Assembly: GCF_009914755.1 (NCBI RefSeq)
Contig: NC_060927.1
DNA: 64,000 nt
Source: the human T2T-CHM13v2.0 reference genome, Homo sapiens
Reading direction: 5' to 3' (one strand)
Shown: positions 41,167-59,580 of the stretch, piece by piece
How positions within the stretch are numbered: the stretch's first letter is position 1
Layout of the letters: every line of letters begins with the position of its first letter
The notes under the pieces: generated by a model
Databases searched by the model: none
Told to the model about the DNA's origin: nothing
Seen by the model: only the letters and a program-made list of their open reading frames with translations
Translations under genes and position numbers: made by a program

Positions 41167-42311
41167 TAGGCCAATTATAGAAGTAGTATCAAGAAATCTC
41201 CTCAGCATTACTTTTATATTTTAGAACTATTTCCCAAAGAAAAGCTGACTACTCATAAAAATACAGTTGAAGCTTGGGCAGGGGCTTTGTTTCAGTTCTG
41301 TCCAAGTTGGAAATGAAAAGGTGCATGGGTGAGCAGGTTCAGCTGGCATTGGAATTTCACTGCCATGAATTGCCAGTGGGCCATCTGATCCATCTCCTTG
41401 AAGGAGCAGACAGGCTAGGTACTGTGGTGCCTAGGCAGGCTGAGTAATTAGAAATATAATCAAGGTAAAAACTGAAGTTAAGGGATGTGTTGAGGTGGTG
41501 ACAGAGAGAGGTAATCTAGAGAGGAGAATCTGAATGTGTTACAAAAGGGAAGGAGTAAAGCAAGTAATATGAGCTGGATTACCAAGCAAGAGACTTGCAG
41601 ATTCAGAGACCTAAAGCAGAGAGGAATGGGTTGGGTTTGTAAGCAAGAGAGCTGCCCTTTTCCCTTGCTTTCTCAGGAGATTGAGGCTGTCTCAGAGAGT
41701 GAGGCTGATGCTAGAGGCTGTCTTTTGGGCATTCTTAGAGGCATGGTGCTTGCTGCAGTCATGAAGTCAGCAATGGGGCAGATACCTGTGTTTAAGTCCT
41801 TAGGTCCCCTTTAAGCCTGGAAACTCTTCAATTTCGGGGGTATTTTTAGTATTAGAAAGTTATGTCTGACTGCCGCTTCTGTGGGTGAATTACTTGCTTA
41901 GGATTTTGAGATAGGGAAGGATGGGTAGAGCGAGGACCTATGGGATGTGTAGGCAAAGCTGGTGGCCAAACTCTAAAGAAGAGCTAAGCATGGGCCTTCT
42001 AGGAAACTTCAGGGTTGTGGGAATCCTTCTGTGAGAGGTTGAGAGTAAAGGTTTGGTGTGGGCCTTCGGTGACAGCAGAAACTTCTTGATGTGGCCCTCT
42101 GTGAAGTTTCAAGAAGGTGGTCTCTTGGGTTGCCGGCCCTAGTAGGGGACTTTATTAGCATTTCTCTTGGAGAAAACTTGGTTGGGTAAAAGCACTGAAC
42201 TTCTGTGATGGGTATTAGAATGCAAAGCTTTCCTTTGTTCATTTATTTGACTATGGAATTCTGTTTTTTGTGAAGCAATTTAAGGGCCCAGTTTTCTACA
42301 AAACACACTTT

Positions 42312-42404
42312 CCATGTATATGTATGTAACAAACATGCACGTTGTACACATGTACCCTAAAACTTAAAGTATAAAAAAAGTCTCATTTAGCTCAAAAAAA
42401 AAAA
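42312..42404 (+). mobile_element. Very short L1PA 3' terminus with two A-tracts
   Basis: CATGTATATGTATGTAACAAACATGCACGTTGTACACATGTACCCTAAAACTTAAAGTATAAAAAAA. Confidence 0.85.
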
Positions 42405-42696
42405 GAAGTGCTGTATTCAAAAATAGAGTTATTACTGAAGATCTTGAATCATTGGCAATCTAAAAATGTTTTGGATGCAGAATGTCTTAAGCAAAATGTG
42501 CAGTATGAATTGCATATGTGATATCACTGACTGACCAACTGGAAGTTGGAGAGGAAAGTTACCCACGTAACCAAATAACCACAATTGTTGAAAATAGTCT
42601 TTTGAGAAATAGTATTAGACGATGTAAATCTCAGTATGTTATTGATTGTATAGATATTGTTAGTGATATCTGGGGGCAAGGAGGACCTTTTTAAAA

Positions 42697-43006
<310 letters not shown>

Positions 43007-43234
43007 TAAATTCTTTTTCTAATTCTAAATGGCTTTAACATATCTTAAGCTTTTACCATTATAGTCATTGTAGGTTATTATCATTCTAGATAAAAATACC
43101 ATCATAATTACCAATACCAAAACACCTGTTAATATACCATCTTAAAATATTCTCTCATTTTATTAGCTTGGTTAGTAGCCAGAAGAGACAGTACTGCACA
43201 TAACTTAACAGGCTCCAACAGTAGTCTTTTCAGA

Positions 43235-43330
43235 TTCACCTCTCTGTTTTGTTACCTACTAGCTCTGTGATCTTAGGTAAGTTACTTAACTCCTCTGTGC
43301 CTAGTTTTCTCATTGTAAAATGAAAACACG
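43235..43330 (+). mobile_element. MIR core
   Basis: TACTAGCTCTGTGATCTTAGGTAAGTTACTTAACTCCTCTGTGCCTAGTTTTCTCATTGTAAAATG. Confidence 0.85.
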
Positions 43331-44529
43331 ATTTTTGGAATGCAGTTCTGAATACTTCTGTGAAGCATGTTGATGCTTTGTAAAAAGATAGTACCAAAGG
43401 AAAGAAACACTTCTTCAAAAATGGAAACCTTGATAATTTGCAGTTTTTTCTAGTGTTTCTCTCATTGCCAACTGTGTGAGCTGCTTTGAAGCCTTTCTAG
43501 CCTTTATCTTATGTGTGCTGGAAAAAAATAAAATCTATTTTGAAATTCCTATTGATTCTTCAGAATTCTGAATTAGCATTCCTGATGTTCACTTACATGC
43601 ATTCTCTTTATCTTTGATATCACTTCCCTTTTAAAGCAATATAAATGATGTGATATGAGAACTGAACTGTCCCACTGCCTGGGTAGGGTTTGACCATTTG
43701 GGAACAATCTAAAATACTTAGCATTCATCAGTTGGAATAATTAAATGTGCAGGACCAGGATTAAGAACCCAGACTGATAGTTCTTCCCCTTGAACTCCTG
43801 TGAGCTCTTTAAGCTTCTACTTCCAGAAAGGAAGATTAAGGTGGAGAAGTAGTGAGAGATATTGAAGATATGGTATGATATTAACTAGACCCCCATAGCT
43901 GAAAATGAGACTGTTTGTTAATATCTAAAGATGACTGGAGAAGTTATGGCAGCTACCTGAGATATTTCCAATGGAAAAGGGAGATTTGACAAAGCAGAGA
44001 TAGAAGGCCGTGCAGGGAGGAAGTTAAGTGCTATTTGCTCTTGCCTTAAGGAGCCCTGCTCGTCCAGTGAACTGATTGCATCCATTTATTTGTCTATATT
44101 TCCAGTGGAAAATGAACTTCTGAATGGCAGGAACTATATATCTTAATTTCTCCTTCAGCTTTGTCTTCTTAGCAGTCGGCATACTGTGGCTAATCTTATG
44201 TTTTCACTGGGTGTTAAATATAAATAGCAGGTTTGGCTTGCAGGGTGAATTTTCTCAAGCAAAATGATGTAATCATTGTCTTAAAAGAGCATGAAATAAA
44301 ATGAAGGTAGTTTATAGATTAAATATAGTTGCTCAAGCTTAACGCTGAGATTATTTTCAGGTTTAAAAATTGTAAAGATTTACCAAATGGAATGGTAAAG
44401 TAGTAGGGAGAGCTGATACCACTTTATTCAATACGTACAAAGTAAAAAATACCCTGACTCTTAGACCTGGAAATAATCTGATGTGTCTTTTTAGGCCAGT
44501 CATTGCCTCCATCCAAAATAACCCCAAAT

Positions 44530-45953
44530 GGCTACAGTAACCAAAAGAGCATAGTGTTTGTACAAGAACACATAGACCAATGGAACAGAATAGAGAACTC
44601 AGAAATAAGACCACACACCTATAACCATCTGATCTTTAACAAACCTGACAAAAACAAGCAACGGGGAAAGGTTTCTCTATTCCATAAATTGTGCTGGGAG
44701 AACTGGCTAGCCACATGCAGAAAATCACAACTAGACAACTTCCTTACACTATATACAAAAGTCAACTCAAGATAGATTAAAGACTTAAATGTAAAGCCCA
44801 AAACTATAAAAACCCTAAAGTAAAACCTAGTAAATACCCTAGGACATAGGCATGGGCAAAGATTTCATGACAAAGATGCCAAAAGCAATCGCAACAGAAG
44901 CGAAAATTGATAAATGGGATGTAATTAAACTAAAGATAATCTGCACAGCAAAAGAAACTATCAACAGAGTAAATACAACAACCTACAGAATAGAAAAAAT
45001 TTTTTGCAATCTATTCTTCTGACAAAGGTCTAATATCCAGCGTCTATAAGAAACTTAAACATATTTACAAGAAAAAACCAAACAACTCCATTAAAAGGTG
45101 GGCAAAGGACATGAACTTCTCAAAAGAAGACATACATGTGGCCGAAAAACGTATGAAAAGAAGCTCAATATCTCAGATCATTAGAGAAATGCAAATCAAT
45201 ACCACAATGAGACACCATCTTATACCAGTCAGAATGGCTGTTATTAAAAAGTCAAAAAACAGATGCTGGCAGAGTTGTGGAGAAAAAAGGAATGCTTTTA
45301 CACTGTTGGTGGGAACTAGCGTAAACTAGTTCAACCATTGTGGAAAACAGTGTGGGATTCCTCAAAGACCTAGAGGCAGAAATACCATTTGACCAAGCAA
45401 TCCCATTACTAGGTATATACCTGAAGGAATAGAATTTGTTCTATTATAAAGACACATACATGTGTATGTTCATTGCAGCACTATTCATAATAGCAAAGAC
45501 ATGGAATCATCCTAAATGGCCATCAGTGATAGACTGGATAAAGAAAATGTGGTACATATACACCATAGAATACTATGCAACCATAAAAAGGAACAAGATC
45601 ATGTCTTTGCAGGGATATAGGTAGAACTTGAGGCCATTGTCTTCAGCAAACTAACGCAGGAACAGAAAACCAAATACTGCATGTTTTCACTTATAAGTGG
45701 GAGCTAGATGATGATAACACATGGTCACATGGTGGAGAACAACACACACTGAGGCCTGCCAGAGGGCAGGATGTGGGAGGAGGGAAAAGATCACGAAGAA
45801 TAGCTAGTGGAGGCTGGGCTTAACACCTAAGTGATGGGATGGGATCTGTGCAGCAAACCACCATGACACATGTTTACCTAGGTCACAAACTTGCATATCC
45901 TGCACATGTACCCCTAAACTTAAAATAACAGTTGGAAATAAAAAATAAATAAA
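44530..45953 (+). mobile_element. 5'-truncated older primate L1 (L1PA13-PA16-like)
   Basis: ORF2 C-terminal remnants and 3'UTR ending CTTAAAATAACAGTTG; degenerate TSD CAAAATAACCCCAAATG / CAAAATAGCCCAAAATG. Confidence 0.9.
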
Positions 45954-46189
45954 CAAAATAGCCCAAAATGATAATCTTATAAAGAGTTGTATTTTCAAAT
46001 ATCTCAATAAGTGAAGTTTTATAAACTACCTGGGAAATTTTAATTTTAATTCATAATTTTCTTCATTTTTCAAAGTAATTGAGGCTTCCCTTGGTAATTA
46101 ATTTCACTTTTTAAAAAAATCCTGGAAACCTGTGAATTAATTTCACTATTAATTAAGGAAGTTTATTTTTTATTTTTATTATTTTTTAT

Positions 46190-48718
<2,529 letters not shown>

Positions 48719-48900
48719 TCTTTATTTGGAACCTGAATCATTCTTCATTTTCTCCCAAATACCTACACAGTGATGTTACATGCTCCAAATGTATTTTGGA
48801 ATTTTACAAAAAAAAAAAGCCCCAACTATTTTCCTTATAATCCAGATTGGATGTGTGCATTATACTAAGGATTTAACTTGTTGAGTAAGTGGTAGTATAA

Positions 48901-49211
<311 letters not shown>

Positions 49212-49451
49212 TTCCAGTTCTTTTATTTAATATTCTATATTGGAATGGTGCCTGAAAGGTAGAGGCACCTGTTTTTTGTTTGTTTGTTTGTTTTTCCTGT
49301 GCTAGAATCACATGCTTCTTTGACTATCAGTGGTGGAGATGGAACACGGCTAACCACATGGCGGGGGCAGTTCTGGGACCTCCTGATATGACCCATCAGC
49401 AGATCAGTTAACAGTAAGCACATGATTGAGTAATTCAATAATACTGTCCTA

Positions 49452-49766
<315 letters not shown>

Positions 49767-50403
49767 GAATCCCCAAAGAAAATTCTTCAATTCTGCAAAT
49801 GCTGAATAGTTGTAATAATTATTAGAGTATTTTTATTGCACTTTGTTTCACAGGTACCCTACAATTATAGTATTCAAATTAGCTGTTCATTGCAAGAAAC
49901 ATTTCAGAGTGGTTATCATTATTATTCTCATTTTGAAGATGAGGAAACCTGTAAGGATTTGGTTTATGACATTTGTGAATTCAAAGGCTCCTTTCTACAT
50001 TCCATTATTCACACTATTAATTTAAGATATTTGGGTAATTTGAAAAGGAAATAAAAAAGGCATTTCACACAAACACTAATATATCTGGTAGTAATTAACT
50101 TCTGAAAAATGTTCATTCCTAGGGCTATACGGTTTTAGACCCTTAATATTTAGGCATGTTCAATGGGCTCACAGAAAGTATAATTAGGGGAGTGGTCATA
50201 TTATTCCCTGTTCATTATTTCATTTAGGATTTGCTACTTGTTAAACAGAGGTTAGAATACATAGAACATATACATCCAACTTTTTAAAACCTGAAAAGCT
50301 CAATTAGCTGAGTAATTCCTGAATAATTGTGATTAAACAAATATGAGGAAAAAAATTAAAGTTCTCAGTTTGACATTAAACATTTAAAATAAGGAAGTGG
50401 TAG

Positions 50404-50755
<352 letters not shown>

Positions 50756-52157
50756 CCATATATGTTCTTTTACTGGGTTCTTCAATATTTCTGGACATCA
50801 CTTCCTTTTATATTTATTCAATGGAAAGCCAGAGCAAAGAAACAGAACTCAGACAGTCACCAATATGTATGGAATAGCTGCTGGGGTCAGAACGTGGTCT
50901 CAATGCTCAGGGGAACCATGAAGAAACCAAGTTCCAGATTCTTACCAACAATAAAATCTGCTCTCTAAGGGGGAGTAGGAATAGATTGAACAAATAGAAA
51001 TCCTTTGACCTTACTACTGCTCTACAGAGTGGGATGAGATGATTCTGTAAGGCAAGGACAGCAAAGGCCCAGGAAGAGAAGCAGCAGCAGATCTAAACAA
51101 TGGAAGGAGAAACAGACAAATTGTGTCAAAGATGTGTGTTAGTCTGATGATGAATTCTCTTCTAATTCCAGAAATGAAACTGAAACTTTAATTTCCAGAG
51201 TCTTGGCTCTTTAAATGAGTGAGTATTTATGAAAGGACACAGTCTACCACAGTATGTAGAAACATTGTTGCCAACTCTCATCTCTCCAAGATAAGGAAGG
51301 TTCCCTAATTAAAGAAGCTTAATTGGTTACAGTTTCTCACCACTCCAGATAAGTTTTATACCCACCAGAAGGGAAGATGATGGCTGGAATTGTTTCAACA
51401 GTTGAAAGACTCTTGGGGAAATGAGCCCTTTCTTGTCCAGTGAGAGGAAGGACAGCACATCCATCAGCCAATCAGTGGGTAGATGGGCAGTAGGTTCTCT
51501 TGAAGGCTGGTTTGTAGAGGTGGCCCTTGGCATCTTCTCTTATAAGACCCACAGATGTAGCCCTGACCCTTATCTAAGTGACCAGTTAGTCAGTGGCTGG
51601 ACTGTCCAGTTGAAAACAACTTCCAATCCTTTTAAAATTTGTAGCTAAATAACAGTTGCACATATATTTCAAATACTGCATTTGGGCTTAAATTCAGACG
51701 TCTGTAATATAAGAAACCTGCATTGCGTGCAACTACTATAACTTCGACTACTTTAGAGAGCAGTCTGTTGATCAAAGAAAGAAAATTCCATTACAAAGCA
51801 TTAGTTTCTAGGGGTGTAATAGACAGTATGGTGAGCTGAGTAGGTTTTCTTCCTGGGAGCAGAGAGTACTTACTACACAACAATGTGTTAAGAATTAAGA
51901 ACAGTTAGAGAAAAAGAGGGACTAATTGGCAGAGAACATTGCCATGCTTAGTTTTGAATTTTAAGTGGATGTTAGGAGAAATTTGAAGTTGTTGTTCTGG
52001 AAAGGGTTTAGACAATGACACTTGATACAGGTAAATTTTGCTGCAGTTTAGAGGAATCCAATGGCAAAAGGAATGTGATGTGGAGATTATGTAGATATTA
52101 GGTTTTTAGGATAGAGGGGAGACAGGTGACATTCTTCCCATTTTACAGATGGGAAAA

Positions 52158-52551
52158 TGCTGTGATTTGAATGTGTCCCCCAAAGTTAATGTGTTAGGAA
52201 CTTAATCCTCAATGCAAGTGTTGAGAGGTGGAACTTTTAGGAGGTGATCAGGTCATGAGGGCTCTGTCCTCATGAATGATTCAATGCCATTATCACTGGA
52301 ATGGGTTAGTTATAGACGGAGTGAGCTCCTGATACAAAGGATGAGTTCAGCTCCCTTCTTCTCCCTCTCTCGTGTGCTCTCTTACTTTCCCACCTTCTCC
52401 ATGGGATGATGCAGCACAGAGTCCCTTGCACATGTGAGCTCCTCGATCTTGAACTTCCCAGCCTCCTGAACTATAAGAAATAAACCTCTGTTCTTTATAA
52501 ATTACTCTGTCTCAGTATTCTGTTATAGCAGCACAAAAATGAAGGAAGACA
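52158..52551 (+). mobile_element. MSTD-like MaLR solo LTR inserted in a minus-strand MIR (~52137-52665)
   Basis: TGCTGTGATTTGAATGTGTCCCCCAAAG...AAGACA; near-TSD GAAAA/CAAAA; MIR core split across it. Confidence 0.88.
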
Positions 52552-53040
52552 CAAAACTTAAGCTCAGAGAGGTTAATTCTATTTCCCGAGGTTTTATGGC
52601 TAATGAGGATGATGGATCTGGGGCTTAAACCAAGTTGTTTCTGATTTCAAATCCCATGCTTTTATTCTGAAGATAATCAGGTAATTCTAACAAATATAGT
52701 GGATGAAACAATTATAGAAATCTAACGATGGATTCAGAAATAAGAAACAAATTTGCTTAAGAAAATTGAAAGACAGTAACAATACAATGCATTGGGGAAT
52801 AATTTCTGTGTGGGTCTTCACTACAATTGCTAGATGTTAACTTAGTTTACATGAACAAGATTTAATGGATCAAGAGTATTTCTCAAAGTTGAGTAAGGTA
52901 TAGACGCCTTATTATTATTTCCATTTATTTTAATATTTAAGAGATGCTTTTCCTTTTTGTTTTTTTATAATTAGGCAAAAGATGGCCATTTGTGTGGTTC
53001 CAAATTCAAAACCATTTATTTATATAAAATTCAAAACTAT

Positions 53041-53320
53041 GGCTGGGTGCAGTGGTTCACTCCTGTAATCCCAGCACTTTGGGAGGCCGACGTGGGTAAA
53101 TCATGAGGTCAGGAGATCGAGACCATCCTGGCTAACACGGTGGAACCCCATCTCTACTAAAAATACAAAAAGTTAGCTGGGTGTGGTGGTGGGTGTCTGT
53201 AGTCCCAGCTACTCAGGAGGCTGAGGCAGGAGAGTGGCGTGAACTCAGAAGGCGGAGCTTGCAGTGAGCCGAGATCGCACCACTGTACTCCAGCCTGGGT
53301 AACAGAGCAAGACTCTATCT

Positions 53321-53352
<32 letters not shown>
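53041..53352 (+). mobile_element. AluY
   Basis: Y diagnostics; TSD AAAATTCAAAACTA; long pure A tail. Confidence 0.94.
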
Positions 53353-53355
<3 letters not shown>

Positions 53356-53553
53356 CAAAACTACATTAACTCAAAAATTTTCATCCCTGCCCCCTCCAAA
53401 CTTTTTTTCTATTTTTCCCTCATAGAAACAAGTTTCTATTAGTTTTGATTTATTCTTTCATTATTTCTTCTTGAAAATCTAAGCAGAATTGTATATTTAC
53501 ATTAATATTTCTCTTCACTTTTCTTGCAAAAAAAAATCCTCTATACCTTGTAG

Positions 53554-53886
<333 letters not shown>

Positions 53887-53889
53887 AGT

Positions 53890-54225
53890 TGTTGTTTTTA
53901 ACTTGACAATACATCTTGGAGATTACTCCTTATTAGTATGCAGAGATCTTGCTCATTCCTTTTTACAGTTGCATAGCACTCCACTATGATGATATCATAG
54001 TTTCTTCAGCCAGTTCCCATTCATGGACATTTGAGTTCTTTCCAATCTTTTGCTATTATACATAGTGCTACAATAAATACCTTTGTGCACAATCACTTCA
54101 TATTTTTCTTGTTTATCTTTGGGGTATATTCCAAAAAGTAGGTTTGGGATAGATGCCAAAGGTCAAAGGTACAGGAAAATTCCCTCCATGTGGAACTGTA
54201 CCATTTTGCATTTTCATCAGTATTG
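53890..54225 (-). mobile_element. L1ME-type fragment
   Basis: GGACATTTGAGTTCTTTCCAATCTTTTGCTATTATACATAGTGCTACAATAAATA. Confidence 0.75.
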
Positions 54226-54612
54226 CTTGTTTCTTTCCTGCACTTGTGGTAGAGAATGTTCTCCAGCTTCTGATTTAGGACAGACCCTCTCAAATGGGGA
54301 CAATTATTGTGGACTCCCAGTGTTGACTTAAGTGATTTTAATTATTATATTACTTACATATGAGAAAACATAAAATTATATATAAGTTCTTTATGCTTAT
54401 AGTTTTTATGAAAGTATACAACTAAAGCAAATATACAGATTAACTATAAATAAACTAGAATCCCAATACAATTTGTGTTAACAACATTAATATAATAAAT
54501 GATGTTATTTTTCTGAAATGAAATGGCCACTTAGAATGTGAATATGGTATTGATTCTTGTAACACATTTTTTTAAACATTGAGTATGCATATGCGCAATA
54601 TTATGTGCCAGG

Positions 54613-55150
54613 TGTATTGGTCAAGATCCTTTGAGTTACAGGAACAGAAGAACTAGCTCAGCAAGAAAACAACAACAACAACAACAACAACACCTTTTTG
54701 TACTGTTTTGGATCACAAACACATAATTGGGAAGGTGAAACCATAAATTAAGAAATGAATGAACTCAGGGGTTACAATTATTTCATTTGAATTCTCTACC
54801 TCTGCCCCTGGTTTTATCCATACAGCTTTATTCTCAGACGGACTTTCTCTCTCTCTTTATCCAACTATTAGCAAAGATGTCCCATGGGTAGCTCCAAGAC
54901 AATAGCATCTTTACAGGTCAAGGTCATCCCAGAAATATAAACCCCCCTTGTTCCCTCCCAAATCCATAAGCCCTGACCAAAAATGACACTGATTGGCTTG
55001 GTTGGATCATATGTCCTCCTTTGAACCAATCACTGAATCCTCTTATTAGCCAGCTTGGGTCATTTGCCCAACTTACTGGGAAGAAAGGTAGCTCTCTTAA
55101 TTTTCAGCCCTACCAAAAATCCCAAAAGAAAGGCCTACAAGACAGATAAA
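54613..55150 (-). mobile_element. Old MLT1 (J/K/L-like) LTR
   Basis: TGTATTGGTCAAGATCCTTTGAGTTACAGGAACAG; CTGATTGGCTTGG...GAACCAATCACTG. Confidence 0.6.
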
Positions 55151-56140
55151 GACTGACAGATACCCATGCCATTGTGAAATTACTCAAATTTTCCACTACT
55201 TTTCTCTACTGAAACTATTGGAAAAGCCTGGATGTAGTACATGATTGTGTGACTTGTCCTTCATGTGATAAAATTTCATCATCCACACATTAAACCTACT
55301 TCAGTTCTTTTTTTTTCAGTGGGACTATACCATTGGAAGTAGAATTACTTGAAAAAAACATAGTCACTGAAATGACATGATAGTTCTCAGTTCTAAAGTG
55401 TTATTCAGAATACACTTACGTGATTTTAATTTGAACTGTCATAACAATGAGAACCCAAGATTAAAATATTCTTAGATAAAAGATCCAGAAACCACCCACC
55501 TCCAATTTGTGCAGATGCCGTTTGAGGATTAACTCTTTAAAGCATGGAGAAAAATTGAATACTTTCATTAATGTAGTTTTCTAATGATTTGTGTGATTTT
55601 TAATGTGCTGATAAATTTAATATCAAATTGATATGTTGTTGGTATTTTACCTACAATTTATAAAAGCAAATACATATAAAATAAAAACAAATATAAACAT
55701 ACATCTGTATAGCAAGTGCAACACTTGTATGCTCAAGAGCTTCAGCTTAATTGAGTTTACTTAAACCATTAAGCAGAGTTTTCTGAACTTTCTTCTCTGT
55801 ATGGTGAGAAACCCAGGGTCTCTCTGAATATCTCTTAGGATTCTCAGGAGTGAGGGGTACTGTTTTCTGTATCTTACTTCTGCTTCCTTTATCCTGCAAT
55901 GTGGGATTAATTGGGAGTGGAGATTAAAGATTAGAGAAATCTGCTTTACTGCCTGGAAAATTCAATCCCAGGAACTGAGAAAGAAATTTGGAGATATTCT
56001 TAACTATTTTGAAGGTGTGTGGATAAAATTTATGTGGAGACCTAAAAAAATTATCTTTTTATTTTAAAAAATTTTAACTGGTGCTAAGCAAAATATATAT
56101 ATTTAACCATCTCTTTTTTTAAAAGTTCATTTTACCCACT

Positions 56141-56646
<506 letters not shown>

Positions 56647-57317
56647 CCACTTCAGGATGCAATGGACAGAGATGAAAAAAAGTTACTGATTTTGCTCAGC
56701 TACAGAAGTTATGGAACTGGCATCACTTTATTAATTCAGGAAGTGCTTCTCATGTAACTGACCTTAGTCTACCTCTATTGGCCAAAGTTTCCTCATATAT
56801 AAGAAGGGTATGTGGAGTATCATCTCTACAAATCATTGGCAGCTTTACTGGTTAATAAAGACACAGTCTTTAGAGCTGAAGGAATGAGAAAATGGATTAA
56901 TATGGAGGTTAACTTAAGATAGAGAACATTTATTCCCTTATGAATTTTGACTTTTAAGAAAAGACAGCTTCCTCCCAGAAGAACAGATATGGTGAAATGG
57001 TAAAAGATGGAAAACCAGCTATGTAGCAGGTATAAAGACATGAGTCCCTTTGTTCTGAAGCATCAAGTCTCTACCTAATGCTAGAAGGAATTTTTAGAGA
57101 AATGGAGGCATAGCTACAAATGAAGTGGAAAGAAACCCTATGTATTTGCTTTATAAAGAAACTGTGACTTTGAGGACAGTTTTTACATTTAGGAAAAAAA
57201 ATTTAAGTGGGAAAAAGTGTCACCAACAGCACACAAACCATACTGAAATGATTGTGAAAAGTCTGAAGTGACTGAACTCAAGAATATGAAGATCTCAAGA
57301 TACTTCTTTGCAAATAT

Positions 57318-57366
57318 GTCCCTTGTAGATGACAAGTCCCTTGTAGATGACAAGTCCCTTGTAGAT
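57318..57366. repeat. 18-bp tandem repeat x2.7
   Basis: GTCCCTTGTAGATGACAA x2 plus GTCCCTTGTAGAT. Confidence 0.95.
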
Positions 57367-59329
57367 ACCAAATCTTGGGGTAAAATCAGCTTTGTGAAAG
57401 ACTCACTTCCATGTAAATGTTTGCACCTTCTCAATGGGCTAGAATTTTATTGGTGAATGTTATTAATGGTAATGGGACATAGGTACACAAATCCTTTTCT
57501 GTGTCACTGGGAGATGGGAACTCTTAGTATGCAAAGTCTCTGCTGAAATCAAAGGGAATTTGCATAAGATCCACATTGGTTGCTTAACGCATAGTGTAGC
57601 TGGCATCCAGTGCATGCTAAAGGACAACATAAAAACCTCAAACACAAAATGGCTCTGTGCATTAATGCTGCTTAGGAAAGTGCTAGCTATTAAATATTTT
57701 CACCAGTATTAAGTATCTTGATATTTATTCTTAAGTAAGATTTTGAAAAATACTTATCATCACACTGCAGTTGATATGCAAATTTTAAAGCAACATTTCA
57801 GAAAGAAGCAAAATAATGCCACCAAACTGTTTATAAATTCTTCCATTTAAAAATAGTTTGCATCATATAAAAGTTAACTCCAATTCTCTCATACCAGTTA
57901 AACAATTATTTCATCAAATGGAATTGAATCTTAGTTTCTCAGTTTGCACAGAGAAGAAAATTCAAAAGAAGAATCAGAAATTAAATTGAAGTTTAGGCAA
58001 TGCATTTTTAGGCAAAAATAATAGTAATATATGGCTGATATTTTCAAAGCTTGGCTTTTATTTTAAATTTTAAATTTATTTTTATTTTAAAGCTTCAACA
58101 GTGTTTTCCAGCAGGTGTCACTGTAGGCAAATATAAAATGACAAATACATCGTTTCTACAGCTTGCGGCCAATGGTTCCTTGAGAAAAAGATTTATATTC
58201 AGACTTCTCAATTATGATTTTGTTTCTGGTGTTGTCATTGTTGTTAATATTAGTCTCCTAGCATAATTTTCTGTTCCTATTGATGCATTCACAATGCAGT
58301 AACACTACCCAGTTGAATGAACAGAAGCAGTAGTATGCACTATGAAGTTCCACCCAGTTTGGGGGTAGAACTTTTACCATTTATAGAAGAGAATCCTAGA
58401 ATCTTGAAATGCCTATCTAATTAAGATATATTTTAATTCTGAAGCCTCTGGCGGATTTTTCCTAATAGTCTTAATTAGTAATTTCTGATTTTTATGGTTG
58501 CTATATAAACTTTGTTAACGAAAAACTCTAAAGTTTCATCAGGAAGGAAAAGCTTTAAAAGTATTCGGCAAAAACAGTTATCATTAGTCTGGGATGGGTA
58601 TATGAAAGGAAGGAAGGACGTAATAATGTTACTGGTTACCTTGAAATTATACTTCAATGGTTGGGTTAGAATTGAATTCATATTATTCAGCCTGCAAAGG
58701 ATGTCTCATTAGTTCCCAGAGAAACCATTTCTGAACATATTATCTCAAGGAAATCCAGAGAATCCATTATTTCTCTTTGCCCCCTTCTTTTTAATATGCA
58801 CAGCACAGAGATAGGGAAGCAGAATGATAAGGTACTAGCAGGAGAATTTTCCAGGAGTTATTTTGCTGATTTCAAAGTCTTCCTGTTTCCTGGTATCCGT
58901 AAGCATCTTGGCATATTGTTCAGAGCTCCTAAAGAAGTGTTCGGTCTGCATCTACAGGCTAGACTTGGCTGCTGACGATTTGACATGTGCAGACAGATTT
59001 TTAAAAAAACGTATACAAGAGAAACTGGTTTAAAATACCCTTCTCATCTCATGCCCAATACAAAGACCCACATGACTGAAAAAATGTTTTATACACTTGA
59101 TTCTTAGGAGAAGAAAGTTGTATTCCATGCATCCAAGCAGGTAAGCAAAAATATTACTTTCTCCATTTTATAATCAACTCACAAACTCTCAGGGAAATTG
59201 CTGGTTCCTGTGACTACAGTTCTGAATCCCAAAATAGGATCCACATCTCCTGACTCACTTCTTTCCCCTAGAACACATCGCCTAAAATAGGCGCGTTTTT
59301 TAGAATCCAAAAACATGTTTTCCTTTTAA

Positions 59330-59580
59330 TAATGTCAGCGTTTACTGAGCCCCAACTCTATATCTGGACTATGCTAAGTACTTTATACGCGTTTCTCTCA
59401 ATTCATTTTCTTCTTGCTCTCCTTTCCTATGATGTAGGTACTATCATTCGTTTTATACTCACACAGGAATAGATTCAAAGAGAACAACTTGCATGGGATA
59501 CTGCAGCCAGGAAGGACAGAGAAGAGGCCTGGATTTGGGTCTTTCCAAATCCAAAAGGCTTTGTTCTTAACCAGTATACT
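59330..59580 (-). mobile_element. MIR SINE
   Basis: TTTACTGAGCCCCAACTCTA...GTAGGTACTATCATT...GGATTTGGGTC. Confidence 0.65.

Noticed and set aside
46092-46160. AATTAATTTCACT duplicated near the MST breakpoint
   Set aside because: Short and AT-rich; cannot be distinguished from chance or trivial slippage.
49345-49372. Possible CTCF site
   Set aside because: Only the 3' half (GGGGGCAG) fits; several core mismatches.
57189-57456. ORFs with repeated peptides (SLVDDK / STRDLS)
   Set aside because: By-product of the 18-bp tandem repeat.
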